DNA of 64,000 nt from assembly GCA_016177705.1 (NCBI GenBank), contig JACOUT010000002.1, positions 213,604 through 277,603 on the forward strand, written 5' to 3'. Origin of the DNA: Deltaproteobacteria bacterium (GTDB taxonomy: Bacteria; Myxococcota; UBA727; VGSZ01). Under the pieces are notes generated by a model that did not search any database, was not told where the DNA came from, and saw only the letters and a program-made list of their open reading frames with translations. The translations under genes and the position numbers were made by a program. How positions within the stretch are numbered: the first letter of the stretch is position 1; each line of letters opens with the position of its first letter. Of the stretch, positions 31,482 to 41,734 are shown piece by piece.

Positions 31482-32306
31482 ATGCCGCACACCACGGACC
31501 CGCTCGACGAGCTCGATGCCTTCCTGCTCGAGCTGAACCGCGCCGCCGCCGACGTCATCCTGCCGGTGTTTCGCAACGCGGCGCAGCTCGCGATGGAGGA
31601 CAAGGGCAGCGTGGGCGCCTTCGACCCCGTCACGGCCGCCGACCGCGGCGCCGAGGCGGCCATCCGCAAGCGGGTGGCGGCGCGCTACCCGAGCCACGGC
31701 GTGCTCGGCGAGGAGTACGGCGCCGACCGCACCGACGCCGAGTGGGTCTGGGTCATCGATCCCATCGACGGCACGCGCGCCTTCGTCGCCGGTCTGCCGG
31801 TGTGGACCACGCTGATCGGCCTGCGCCACCAAGGGCGGCCGGTGCTCGGCTCCATCGGCCAGCCGGTGCTCGGCGAGGTCTTCATCGGCACCGCGGGTGG
31901 CGCGCGCTGCGTCACCGCTGGCGGCGAGCGCGCGCTACGCGTGCGCCCGTGCGCGCATCTGGCGGACGCGGTCGTCGCCACCACCGATCCCTTCAAGTTG
32001 CTCGACGAGCGCGAGCTGGCGGTCTGGCAGCGCGTGCAAGCGGTCGCGCGCTTCGCGCGCTACGGCTGCGACGCCTACGCGTACGCCATGGTCGCCGCCG
32101 GCTTCGTCGATCTGGTGGCCGAGAGCAGCCTCAAGCCCTGGGACATCGACGCCGCCGTACCGGTGTTGCAGGGCGCGGGCGGCCTGGTCACCGACTGGCG
32201 CGGCGGCGGCATCGGCACCAACGGCGGCCAGATGCTGATCGCGGGCGACCGCCGCGTGCTCGACGAGGCGCTCGTGCTCACGCGCGAGGTAGCGCGCTCG
32301 CCCTGA
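31482..32306 (+). CDS. hisN: Histidinol-phosphatase (inositol monophosphatase family)
   Basis: FDPVTAAD, GEE, WVIDPIDGTRAF, GCDAYAY, LKPWD. Confidence 0.8.
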   Translation: MPHTTDPLDELDAFLLELNRAAADVILPVFRNAAQLAMEDKGSVGAFDPVTAADRGAEAAIRKRVAARYPSHGVLGEEYGADRTDAEWVWVIDPIDGTRAFVAGLPVWTTLIGLRHQGRPVLGSIGQPVLGEVFIGTAGGARCVTAGGERALRVRPCAHLADAVVATTDPFKLLDERELAVWQRVQAVARFARYGCDAYAYAMVAAGFVDLVAESSLKPWDIDAAVPVLQGAGGLVTDWRGGGIGTNGGQMLIAGDRRVLDEALVLTREVARSP

Positions 32307-32315
32307 CCCAAGGAG

Positions 32316-34727
32316 TCAGGCCTTGGCGCGGCGCGCCTCGAGCGCGGCGATGCGCGTCTTCACCTTCAGGAAGCTGTCGGGGTTGAGCGAGAGCGAGTCG
32401 ATGCCGGCCTCGACCAAAAGCTCGGCGAAGTCGGGGTGGTCGCTCGGGCCCTGACCGCAGATGCCGATGGGGCGCCCCACCTTGTGCACGCGCGCGATCA
32501 CGTCGCGAATCATGCGCGTCACCGCCGGGTTTCGCTCGTCGAACAGGTCGGCGAGCAGCTCCGAGTCGCGGTCGACGCCGAGGATGAGCTGCGTCAGGTC
32601 GTTGCTGCCGATGGAGAAGCCGTCGAAGCGCTCGGCGAATTCCTCCGCGAGGATGACGTTCGAGGGGATCTCGCACATGACGTAGACCTTGAGCCCGAAC
32701 TTGCCCCGCTCGAGGCCCGCCGCCTTCATCACCGCCAGCACCCGGTCGGCCTCGTCGGTGGTGCGGCAAAACGGGATCATCACGATCAGGTTGTCTGCGC
32801 CGATCTGCTCGCGCGCCCTGCGGATGGCGCGGCACTCGAGCAAGAAGCCGTCCTGGTAGCGCGGGCTCGAGTAGCGCGAGGCGCCGCGAAACCCGATCAT
32901 CGGGTTCTCCTCGTCGGGCTCGAAGGCGGCGCCGCCGATCAGGTTGCGGTACTCGTTGGTCTTGAAGTCACTCATGCGCACGATGACGGGCCTCGGGTAC
33001 TGCGACGCTGCGATGAGCGAGATGCCGCGCGCCAGGCGCTCGACGAAGTACTCGCCCTTGTCGGCGTAGCCGCGCGTAAGCTCGGCGATCAGCGCGCGGT
33101 CCTTGTCGCCGCTCACGCGCTCAGGGTGGGCCAGCGCCATCGGGTGCACGCGGATGTCGTCGGTGACGACGAACTCCATGCGCAAGAGGCCCACGCCGTC
33201 GGTGGGCAGGCGCCAGTACTTGAGCGCCGACGCGGGGTCCGCCAGGTTGATCATGATGCGCGTGGCCGTCTTCGGAACGGTGTCGAGCGCGGTCTCTTCG
33301 CGCGTGAACGGCAGCGCGCCGCGGTAGACGACGCCCTCGTCGCCGCCGGCACAGGAGAGCGTGACGGGCGCGCCGTCGGCGATGACGCGGGTGGCGTCGG
33401 GTGCGCCGACGACCGCGGGGATGCCGAGCGCGCGCGACACGATGGCCGCGTGGCAGGTGCGGCCGCCGTGCTCGGTGACGATGCCCGCCGCCACGCGCAT
33501 GGCCGGTACCCAGTCGGGGTCAGTGCTCTCGGCGATGAGGATCGAGCCGGGCCGGAAGCGCTCGAGGTCGGCGACGCTCCTGATGACGCAGGCGGGCGCC
33601 GCCGCGATGGCGGAGCCGACCGCGCGGCCTTTCACCAGCACCTCGCCCTGGCCGTCGAGCCGCCAATTGACCAGTCCCACCGCGCCGGCGCGCGACTGCA
33701 CGGTCTCGGGCCGCGCCTGCACGATGTACAGCTCGCCGGAGACGCCGTCCTTGGCCCACTCGATGTCCATCGGCATCGGCCGGCCGGCGCGCTCGCTCAT
33801 GTGCCGCTCGATCTGCACGGCGAAGCGGCCGATGGCGATGGCGTCGTCGTCGGACAGGCACAGGCGGCGGCGCTTCTCGAGCGGCGTGTCGACGTTGCGC
33901 GTGGTGGCGCTGCCGCCCTGCGCCAGCACCATGGTGCGCTCCTTGTCACCGACTCGCGCGCGCAGGATCGGGCGCTTCTTTGGGTCATCGAGCGCGCGTT
34001 TGAACAGCAGTACCTCGTCGGGCGAGACCGTGCCCTTGACCACGTTCTCGCCGAGGCCCCAGGAGCCGGTCACCATGACGACGTCGGGGAAGCCGGTCTC
34101 GGTGTCGAGCGTGAAGGCGACGCCCGCGCACGCGAGGTCGCTGCGCACCAGCTTCTGCACGCCCACCGACAGCGCCACCTTGTCGTGCGCGAAGCCGTGC
34201 TCGTCGCGGTAGGCGATGGCGCGGTCGGTGAACAGCGACGCCACGCACGCGCGCCAAGCGTTGACCACCTCGACGTCGCCGCGCACGTTCAAGAAGGTCT
34301 CCTGTTGGCCGGCGAAGCTCGCCTCGGGCAGGTCCTCCGCGGTGGCGCTCGAGCGCACCGCGACGCTCGCGTGCTCCTCGCCGCACTGGCGCGACAGCTT
34401 GCTGTACGCCTCGAGCAACGCGGCCTTGATCGCCGGCGGTATCTCGCCCGAGGCGACGCGTCGCCGGATGGCCGCGCCGGTCTGCTGCAGCGTGGCGCCG
34501 CCGGCGGCGAGTGCGGCGAGCGCCGCGGCGATCGGTGCCTCGAGCGCGTTGTGCGACAGGAAGGTGCGGTAGGCGGCGGCAGTGACGGCGAAGCCGGGCG
34601 GCACGCGCACGCCGGCGCCGGTGAGCGTGCGGGTCATCTCCGAGAGCGAGGCGTTCTTGCCGCCCACCGAGGCGACCTGGGTCGCGCGCTCGTCGTCGAA
34701 CCACAAGATCAACGGCTCGCTCGCCAT
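32316..34727 (-). CDS. ppsA: Phosphoenolpyruvate synthase
   Basis: VGGKNASLSEM, VAVRSSATAEDL, SFAGQQET, DIEWAKDG, GGRTCHAAI (phospho-His), MCEIPSN, SIGSNDLTQ. Confidence 0.96.
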   Translation of the reverse strand: MASEPLILWFDDERATQVASVGGKNASLSEMTRTLTGAGVRVPPGFAVTAAAYRTFLSHNALEAPIAAALAALAAGGATLQQTGAAIRRRVASGEIPPAIKAALLEAYSKLSRQCGEEHASVAVRSSATAEDLPEASFAGQQETFLNVRGDVEVVNAWRACVASLFTDRAIAYRDEHGFAHDKVALSVGVQKLVRSDLACAGVAFTLDTETGFPDVVMVTGSWGLGENVVKGTVSPDEVLLFKRALDDPKKRPILRARVGDKERTMVLAQGGSATTRNVDTPLEKRRRLCLSDDDAIAIGRFAVQIERHMSERAGRPMPMDIEWAKDGVSGELYIVQARPETVQSRAGAVGLVNWRLDGQGEVLVKGRAVGSAIAAAPACVIRSVADLERFRPGSILIAESTDPDWVPAMRVAAGIVTEHGGRTCHAAIVSRALGIPAVVGAPDATRVIADGAPVTLSCAGGDEGVVYRGALPFTREETALDTVPKTATRIMINLADPASALKYWRLPTDGVGLLRMEFVVTDDIRVHPMALAHPERVSGDKDRALIAELTRGYADKGEYFVERLARGISLIAASQYPRPVIVRMSDFKTNEYRNLIGGAAFEPDEENPMIGFRGASRYSSPRYQDGFLLECRAIRRAREQIGADNLIVMIPFCRTTDEADRVLAVMKAAGLERGKFGLKVYVMCEIPSNVILAEEFAERFDGFSIGSNDLTQLILGVDRDSELLADLFDERNPAVTRMIRDVIARVHKVGRPIGICGQGPSDHPDFAELLVEAGIDSLSLNPDSFLKVKTRIAALEARRAKA

Positions 34728-34830
34728 GGCACCCTCCATCACATCGTCGCCGAGGTATAGCGCACCGCCGCGCAGGTACCCCAGGTCGACGGGGCTTCCG
34801 GTCGCGCGCGGGGGACACTAGCGTGGCCCC

Positions 34831-35859
34831 ATGAACGCCATCGCCGGCCGCCGGTCGGTCGCCACCTGGCTGTTCCTGTGCGCCGGCTGCGTGCTGGCCA
34901 TGGTGGTCGTCGGCGGCGTGACGCGGCTGACGCGCTCGGGCCTGTCGATCGTCGAGTGGAAGCCCATTACCGGCGCGCTGCCGCCGCTCTCCCATGCCGA
35001 CTGGCTCGCCGAATACGGCAAGTACCAGGCGTCACCCGAAGGCCGCCTGGTCAACGCCGGCATGGACCTCGCCGGCTTCCAGCGCATCTTCCTGGTCGAG
35101 TGGGCGCACCGGCTGCTCGGCCGCCTCACCGGCGTGGTGGTGCTGGTGCCGTTCGTGTGGTTCCTGATCACGGGCGCGCTGCGCGGCGCGCGCGCGCTCC
35201 GCGTCGCCGGCCTCTTCCTGCTCGGCGGCCTGCAGGGGTTCGCCGGCTGGTACATGGTGGCGAGCGGCCTGGTCGACGAGCCGCGCGTCAGCCACCTGCG
35301 CTTGGCGTTGCACCTCGACCTCGCGCTCGTGATCTTCGCGCTGCTCTTGTGGGCCGCCCTCGACGAGGTCTTCGGCCAACGCACCGCCTCGTTGGCGCCG
35401 CGCCCGCGCGGCGCGCTCGCGCGCCCGTTCGCGCTCGCCACGCTGGCGCTCGCCGCGCTGACGCTCACCTGGGGCGCGTTCATGGCCGGCCTGCATGCCG
35501 GCCACGTGGCACCGACGTTCCCGAGCATGAACGGCGACGTCATCCCCTCGGGCATGGCGCTCGGCGCGGCCACCGATCTGGTGAGCCAGCCGCTGCTTGT
35601 GCACTTCCTGCACCGCACGCTCGCCTACTGCACAGCCGCCGGCGCGCTGCTCACCGCTTGGGTGACGCTGACCAGCGCCGCACCACCGCGCGCGCGCACC
35701 GCCGCGGTGCTGCTGGTGCTCGGGCTCGTCGTGCAGGTGGCGCTCGGCGCGTGGGTGGTGCTGGCGCACGTGCCCGTCGTCGCCGCCACGCTGCATCAGG
35801 CAAACGGCGTGCTCGTGATCGCGGCCTGCGTGGCGCTGCTGCACGGCGTTCGCCGGTAG
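34831..35859 (+). CDS. ctaA: Heme A synthase (COX15/CtaA, type 2)
   Basis: GGVTRLTRSGLSIVEW, EWAHRLLGR, GWYMVASG, HFLHR, LHQ. Confidence 0.92.
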   Translation: MNAIAGRRSVATWLFLCAGCVLAMVVVGGVTRLTRSGLSIVEWKPITGALPPLSHADWLAEYGKYQASPEGRLVNAGMDLAGFQRIFLVEWAHRLLGRLTGVVVLVPFVWFLITGALRGARALRVAGLFLLGGLQGFAGWYMVASGLVDEPRVSHLRLALHLDLALVIFALLLWAALDEVFGQRTASLAPRPRGALARPFALATLALAALTLTWGAFMAGLHAGHVAPTFPSMNGDVIPSGMALGAATDLVSQPLLVHFLHRTLAYCTAAGALLTAWVTLTSAAPPRARTAAVLLVLGLVVQVALGAWVVLAHVPVVAATLHQANGVLVIAACVALLHGVRR

Positions 35860-35874
35860 CAGGCAAAAGGACCG

Positions 35875-37767
35875 TCAGCGGAAGCTCGAGCCGTGCTTGA
35901 GCTTGGGCGCGCGCCCCTCGAGAGCGAACATGAGCGCCGAGGCGTCGATGGTGTCGCCCAGGCTGACGGTGCCGCCCGTCCGATCGTGGATGCCGCGCGA
36001 GGGCACGAAGTGGATCACGGTGCCGTCGGCCGGGTTTTGCCACCACCAGCGCTCGACGACGAGCGCGCGCTCGCGATCGGAGAGCCCGAAGCGCGCCTGC
36101 AGCGCGTCGGCGAAGCGGTGCAGCGCCGCCAGGCCGGTGCCGCGCACCGAGGGCACCACCGGCCAGACGTCGTCGGCGCTCTTGATCTCGCCGGTGTCGT
36201 TGGCCGCCTTGTTGGCGGCGAGCTGGCGCGCCTTGACGAGCGCGAGCGTCTGGCGCTCCGGGTCCTTGGCGCCCGGCGTGCCCTTGGCCGAGACCACCAG
36301 GTCGCCCTCGAGCCCGTGCAGGTGGACGCGCGGCAACGACAGCCCGTCGGCGATCATGAGCGCGCCCTCGAGCATGTGCAGCGGGTCCTCCGCTGCCTCG
36401 CGCGGCACCTCCACGGGCACCTTGCCGGTCGAACGCTTGCCCTGGCAGAGGCCGCCGTCGACCAGCGCGTCGACGAAGGGCGCCACCTCGACGACGTTGA
36501 GCGCAAGCGAGTCGAGCGCGCCCTTGAGCGCGCCCCACACGACCGGCTCGTTCTCGAAGGCCTTCGGCACCACGTACTGCGCGTGGATCACGAGCGCGGG
36601 GTTCGCCTTCTTCATGGTGGCGAGCGCGGCGGCGAGCTTCTTTGCTTCCTCGGCGGCGGCCTGCTCGCTTGGCGCCTGTGTAAGGTAGTGGGCGCCGACG
36701 AAGAAGAACAGGTCGGTGTCCTTGGCGAGCTTCGTGAGCGTGGCGTCGTCGACCCCCTGCAGGCCGGGCCGCACGTCCTTGGCGAGCGCGCCCACGATGA
36801 CGCGGCTGTTGCCACCAGGCACGAGCGCGACGTCGGCGCCGTTGACGCGCACGCTAGTGCGCCCGCACAGCTCGAGCGCCAGACCGGCGCCGTACTCGAG
36901 GCTCAAGTTGACCCGCGCAGGCGTCTGGTCGGCGAAGGCGTCGGGCGCGTGGCGCGCGCCCGCCTTGTCGACGAGCGTGACCCCCGGCGCGAAGCGATCG
37001 GCGATCGCCTCTGGGATCTGCTCCGCCGAGAAGAAGCGCGCGTCGGCGCCGACCGCCGCGGCGAGGTTGGCGGCGAACGCGCCGGCGCCGCCCATGGCTT
37101 TCTTGGGGGAGAAGCCCGCGGCCGCGAGCGTTTCATCGAGCCAGCGCGACAGCTCGGGCGCGACCGCGAGCTGCTTGGAGGCGCCGTCGCCGAGCGCGAT
37201 CTGGCGGACCAGCGAGGCGATAAGCTCGACGGGGTTGCCTGGACGGGCCCAGACCGTGCCGCCGCCCGGCGGCCCCTGGTCGATGGCGACGAGCAGCGCG
37301 GCTTCGTCGCCGCAGCCGCTGACCAGCGCCCCGAGTGAGGCCGAGGTGAGCGGCACCTTGGCGTCCACCACGCGCGTGAAGCCGAACAGATCGGTCTGCG
37401 GTGAGGCCTTGAGGTGCTCGGCGCGCTTGGAGCGTGCGACCGCGCGCTCCATGTCGGCCGCGGTCACTCTCGTGTCCGTCGTCTGTCCCTGTACCAGCTC
37501 GGCGGCCTGGATGGCGCCGGCGACATCGCCGGTGACCGGTACGCCGAGCTCGACCGCGTGCAGCAAAAGCTCGCGCGCCGCCGCTGTTCCCCCTTGCGGC
37601 GGCGCGTCGAGCCCGGTCGACCCCCCGACCACGTCGACGACGACGGGCTTCACCTCCGTCGTCACCGACGCGACCCCGTTGTGCGCCGACGGGACGACCT
37701 TGGCATCGCTGCCAAGGCCGACCCGCTGCTCGACGTGGATCGGGGGGCTTCGCCGACCGAGTTTCAC
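35875..37767 (-). CDS. ADP-dependent glucokinase/phosphofructokinase-family protein with N-terminal extension
   Basis: MGGAGAFAAN, LALNVVE (NxxE), RVHLHGL, VPSR...TVSLGDTIDAS (GxGD-type anion hole with catalytic Asp). Confidence 0.75.
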   Translation of the reverse strand: MKLGRRSPPIHVEQRVGLGSDAKVVPSAHNGVASVTTEVKPVVVDVVGGSTGLDAPPQGGTAAARELLLHAVELGVPVTGDVAGAIQAAELVQGQTTDTRVTAADMERAVARSKRAEHLKASPQTDLFGFTRVVDAKVPLTSASLGALVSGCGDEAALLVAIDQGPPGGGTVWARPGNPVELIASLVRQIALGDGASKQLAVAPELSRWLDETLAAAGFSPKKAMGGAGAFAANLAAAVGADARFFSAEQIPEAIADRFAPGVTLVDKAGARHAPDAFADQTPARVNLSLEYGAGLALELCGRTSVRVNGADVALVPGGNSRVIVGALAKDVRPGLQGVDDATLTKLAKDTDLFFFVGAHYLTQAPSEQAAAEEAKKLAAALATMKKANPALVIHAQYVVPKAFENEPVVWGALKGALDSLALNVVEVAPFVDALVDGGLCQGKRSTGKVPVEVPREAAEDPLHMLEGALMIADGLSLPRVHLHGLEGDLVVSAKGTPGAKDPERQTLALVKARQLAANKAANDTGEIKSADDVWPVVPSVRGTGLAALHRFADALQARFGLSDRERALVVERWWWQNPADGTVIHFVPSRGIHDRTGGTVSLGDTIDASALMFALEGRAPKLKHGSSFR

Positions 37768-37784
37768 CCCTTGACGCTAGCAGC

Positions 37785-38246
37785 TCAGCCGATGCGGATC
37801 TCCTTCGGCTGCGCGCTGCCCGACGTCGACTTGGGCACGAGCACGTTGAGCACGCCATCCCGATAGGTGGCGGTCACCTTGTTCTCGTCGACGGCGGTGG
37901 GGAGGGTGAAGGACCGCTGGAAGCGCCCGTAGCTGCGCTCCACGCGGTGGTAGCGCTTGTTCTTCTCTTCCTTCTCCATCTTGCGCTCGCCCATCAGCGT
38001 CAAGAGACCATCTTGCACCGTGATCTTGATGTCCTCCTTCCTCATGTCCGGCAGCTCGGCGTGCACCGAGTACGCCTCCGGCGTCTCCGAGATGTCGCAG
38101 GCGGGGAGCCACTGCGGCGACGAGAGCTGCTCGTTCAAGAACGAACCGAAGCTCGGCGTCGAGGTGTTCGGCGTCGAGAAGTAGCTCTGGAAGCGGCGCT
38201 GCATGTCTTCCAGCTCCCGCATCGGGTCCCAACGAATGATCGACAT
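37785..38246 (-). CDS. Hsp20/alpha-crystallin small heat-shock protein
   Basis: MSIIRWDPMREL, PACDISE, ERSYGRFQRSFTLP, ATYRDGVL; GGAGG ribosome-binding site. Confidence 0.95.
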   Translation of the reverse strand: MSIIRWDPMRELEDMQRRFQSYFSTPNTSTPSFGSFLNEQLSSPQWLPACDISETPEAYSVHAELPDMRKEDIKITVQDGLLTLMGERKMEKEEKNKRYHRVERSYGRFQRSFTLPTAVDENKVTATYRDGVLNVLVPKSTSGSAQPKEIRIG

Positions 38247-38418
38247 AGAACCTCCCGTTTCGGTTTGGTGCTCCACGCAAGACGCGGTGGAGCCGATCGC
38301 CGCGTGAGCAATCGATGTGCCACCGCTCACGTCGCGCGCTGACGCCGCTCGACGCGAGGGGTCATGACAAAACACACACGGCTTGTGGGCTGATCAGCAC
38401 CGTGCGAATGGTCAATCC

Positions 38419-39048
38419 GTGGCCACTGCCAAGACCGGGCGCACAGGGAAGCGCAAGCGCAAGAAGCCGACCGCCGACGGCATCCTGCAGGCGGCCGAAC
38501 GGGTGTTCGCCGAGCAAGGCTACGGCGCCACCTCGCTGCGCGAGCTGATGACCGCCGCCAAGGTCTCGACCACCGCCTTCTACGCGCGCTTCCCCTCCAA
38601 GGAGGCGGTGCTCGACGAGCTGATTCGCGGCCTGGTGGAGTCGCTCTCGAAGACCGTGCTCGAGGCCGCCGCGCGCGCGCGCGACGTCGAGAGCGGCCTC
38701 GGTGTCGGCACCGAGGTGCTGGTCGAGTCGCTCGTGCCCCACAAGAACCTGGTCCGCTTGTTCTTCACCGAGGCTACCACCAGCGCCGCGTCGAAGGAGC
38801 TGGTGCGCACGCTGCACGTGCAGCTCGCCGCGCTCTTGGTCGCGCGCCTGGTCAAGCTGCGCGAGAAGGGCGCGGTCAAGACCAACGACCCGAGCGCGCT
38901 CGGCTGGGCGCTCCTCGGCGCCATGGAGCTGCAGCTCATTCGCTGGGCCGTGCTCGGCGATCTCGCCGACAGCGCGCTCAGCGCCTCGCTGCGCGCCACC
39001 GCGCTCGCGGTGCTGCCGGGCGCGGTCGCGCCCAAGTCGGCGGCGTGA
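38419..39048 (+). CDS. TetR/AcrR-family regulator
   Basis: ILQAAERVFAEQGYGATSLRELM...FYARFPSKE helix-turn-helix. Confidence 0.92.
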   Translation: MATAKTGRTGKRKRKKPTADGILQAAERVFAEQGYGATSLRELMTAAKVSTTAFYARFPSKEAVLDELIRGLVESLSKTVLEAAARARDVESGLGVGTEVLVESLVPHKNLVRLFFTEATTSAASKELVRTLHVQLAALLVARLVKLREKGAVKTNDPSALGWALLGAMELQLIRWAVLGDLADSALSASLRATALAVLPGAVAPKSAA

Positions 39049-39785
39049 TGCGCGCGGTCCTGCCCCGGCTGACGGCGGGCGCCGCGCTGTGCGCGCTCGC
39101 GCTCGTGGGTTCGTGTGCGAGCGCACCCAAGGAGCGCCCGCGCGCACCACCGCCCGATCCTGGCGAGCTCTTGTTCCTCGATCTCGAGAGCCGCCTGACG
39201 CGTGCCCGGACGGTGCACGTGAAGGGCCGGCTGACGGCGACCGGCGCGATCACGGCGGATCTGAGCGCGGAGCTGTGGCTCAAGGAGGGCAACCGCGCGC
39301 GCCTCGACGTCGACGGCGTGTTCGAAGGCAAGCGCCAACGCGCCAGCTTCTCGTGCGACGGCGAGCGCATGCGTGTGGGCAGCTCCCCCGTCGTCGTCGC
39401 CGAGCCCGAGCTGCGGGACGCCCTAGTGTACGGCCTGACGCGCATGGGTCTGCTGCACAACGCCGCGCTCCTCGTCGCCGGTGAGGCGCCCGATCACGGC
39501 GCCGGCGGCGCGCACGCGTGGGTCAAGGCGGAGCGCGCCCGATCGCTCGTGCCAGCCACCCGCATCGCCTTCGACATCGTGGTCGCCACCAAGCCGGCCG
39601 GCGACGCCATCCTCCAGCTCGACGACCAGGGCCGCGCGCACGAGCGCGTGCAAGACGTGCGCTTCGACGTCGGCGCCATGCACGTGGTCGAGCGCTACGC
39701 GGTCTTCGAGGTCGACGTGGACATCGACGACGCGCGCTTCGCGCTGGCCACGCCAGACACCACCGCACCGCCGCCCGCGCCCTGA
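39045..39785 (+). CDS. Hypothetical lipoprotein (LolA-like fold possible)
   Basis: LVGSC lipobox; GTGA overlap with tetR; beta-rich; ends IDDARF. Confidence 0.65.
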   Translation: MMRAVLPRLTAGAALCALALVGSCASAPKERPRAPPPDPGELLFLDLESRLTRARTVHVKGRLTATGAITADLSAELWLKEGNRARLDVDGVFEGKRQRASFSCDGERMRVGSSPVVVAEPELRDALVYGLTRMGLLHNAALLVAGEAPDHGAGGAHAWVKAERARSLVPATRIAFDIVVATKPAGDAILQLDDQGRAHERVQDVRFDVGAMHVVERYAVFEVDVDIDDARFALATPDTTAPPPAP

Positions 39786-39794
39786 CCGCCGCCG

Positions 39795-41072
39795 TCAGTG
39801 CTTCTGGTCGCGCCACGCCTTGGCGAGGCCCTCGCGATCGTCGGGGTGCGCGAGCGCGATCAACGCGGCCGCGCGCTCGTGCAGCGTGCGTCCGAACAGG
39901 TTGGCGGCGCCGTGCTCGGTGACCAGCCAATGCAGGTGGGCGCGCGTCGTCACCACGCCGGCGCCGTCCTGCAGGCGCGGCACGATGCGCGCACGCCCGG
40001 TGCGCGTGCGGCTCGGCAGCGCGAGGATCGGCTTGCCGCCCTCCGACATGGCGGCGCCGCGCAGGAAGTCCATCTGCCCACCCACGCCCGAGATGACCCG
40101 CGTGCCGATGGAGTCGGCGCACACCTGGCCGGTCAGGTCGATCTCGACCGCCGAGTTGATGGCCACCACCCTCGGGTTCCTCGCGATCACGTTCGGCCGG
40201 TTGACGTAGCCGCAGTCGAGCAACACCACCGCCTGGTTGTCATCGACGTAGTCGTAGAGCGCGCGCGAACCGAACAAGAACGACGACACCGTCTTGCCCG
40301 GGTGGATCGCCTTCTTGGTGTTGTCGACCACGCCGCGGTCGATCAGCGGCAGCAGACCGTCGGAGAACATCTCGGTGTGCACGCCGAGGTGGCGATGGCC
40401 GCCGAGCGCCGCCAGTACCGCGTCAGGGATGGCGCCGATGCCCATTTGCAGCGTGCTGCCGTCCTCGATGAGCGCGGCGACGTGCCTGCCGATGGCGCGC
40501 TCGACGTCGTCGAGTTGGTGCGGCTCGGGCTCGGGCAGCGCCGCATCCACCTCCAGGAAGCGCGCGATGCGGCGCTGATCGATGAAGCCGTCGCCGTGGG
40601 TGCGCGGCATGCGGGGATTCACCTCGGCCACCACCACCTTGGCGACATCGACGGCGGCCTTGGCGGTGTCGACCGAGGTGCCGAGCGAGCAGAAGCCGTG
40701 CGCGTCGGGCGGCGACACCTGCACGAACGCGACGTCGACCGGACGCACGCCCGAGCGGAACAGGAACGGCATCTCGGAGAGGAAGCACGGCAGATAGTCG
40801 ACGCGCGCGCCGTCGAGCCTGCCGCGCAGGTTCTCACCGACGAACAGGCTGGCGACGCGGAAGCTCTTGGCGTAGCGCGCATCGGCGTAGGCCGCCGGGC
40901 CTGCGGTGTGCAGGTGAATCAGCTCGACGTCCAGCAACGAGTCGGCGCGCGAGTCGGCGCGCGCCACCAGCGCCTCGAGCAGACGAAGCGGCGTCGCCGC
41001 CGCGCCATGCACGAACACGCGCTGGCCGCTTCGCACCAGCGCGACCGCTTCTGCCGCATCCTTGACCTTCAT
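39795..41072 (-). CDS. Acetyl-CoA hydrolase/transferase (4-hydroxybutyrate CoA-transferase-like)
   Basis: SPPDAHGFCSLG, TLQMGIGAIP, GVHTEMF, SGVGGQMDF, VTEHG. Confidence 0.93.
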   Translation of the reverse strand: MKVKDAAEAVALVRSGQRVFVHGAAATPLRLLEALVARADSRADSLLDVELIHLHTAGPAAYADARYAKSFRVASLFVGENLRGRLDGARVDYLPCFLSEMPFLFRSGVRPVDVAFVQVSPPDAHGFCSLGTSVDTAKAAVDVAKVVVAEVNPRMPRTHGDGFIDQRRIARFLEVDAALPEPEPHQLDDVERAIGRHVAALIEDGSTLQMGIGAIPDAVLAALGGHRHLGVHTEMFSDGLLPLIDRGVVDNTKKAIHPGKTVSSFLFGSRALYDYVDDNQAVVLLDCGYVNRPNVIARNPRVVAINSAVEIDLTGQVCADSIGTRVISGVGGQMDFLRGAAMSEGGKPILALPSRTRTGRARIVPRLQDGAGVVTTRAHLHWLVTEHGAANLFGRTLHERAAALIALAHPDDREGLAKAWRDQKH

Positions 41073-41081
41073 GCGGCCACG

Positions 41082-41519
41082 CTACGCCGTCTGGCGCACG
41101 ATGGTCACCGGGACGGTCGCTTCCTTGGCCACCTTCTCGGCGACGCTGCCGAGCACCAGGTGCTCGAGCCCCTTGCGCCCGTGGGTGCCCACCACCACGT
41201 GGTTGACGCCGAGCCGCGCCGCCTCGTCGATGATGCCACGCGCCGGGTCGCGTGCAGGCACCACGTCGACTTCGATGGCGACCTTCGGGTAGCGCTCACG
41301 CAGCGCGCTGGCCACGCCTTGTAGGCGCATGCGCAGCTCCTCTTGCAGGCGGTTGGTCTCCTCGCCCCACGCCTCCTCGGGCCGCAACTGCGGCAGCGGG
41401 TGCACGTGGAGCAGCACCACCTTGCCGCCCAGCTTCTCGACGACGCGCGCGCCCTCCTTTGCAGCGGCGTCGCCGCAAGGGGAGAAGTCGTGCGCCACCA
41501 GCCAGGTCTCGGTTGCCAT
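41082..41519 (-). CDS. Universal stress protein
   Basis: LVAHDFS, VVGTHGRKG..LGSVAEKV...PV. Confidence 0.93.
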   Translation of the reverse strand: MATETWLVAHDFSPCGDAAAKEGARVVEKLGGKVVLLHVHPLPQLRPEEAWGEETNRLQEELRMRLQGVASALRERYPKVAIEVDVVPARDPARGIIDEAARLGVNHVVVGTHGRKGLEHLVLGSVAEKVAKEATVPVTIVRQTA

Positions 41520-41734
41520 CGCTGCCTCCAGGGGTCGGTAGTCTCACGACCTCGCTCCGGCCAAGCGCAAGATCAATGCCTGGATGCCGGCTCGCGATGC
41601 CGTGGCGCGATATCGCCCCCGGGCAGGGCCGCGCGGGCTTCTCGCAGCACCCCCGTGTGCAAAACGGCCCAGCTCCCTTGTCGACTGCGGGTGAAGAAAC
41701 ACGATCGGGCGGCCGTCCCACGCTAGCGTTGGCC

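Noticed and set aside
41560..41580. FNR/CRP box upstream of usp
   Set aside because: Only one half-site (ATCAA) matches; too weak to call.
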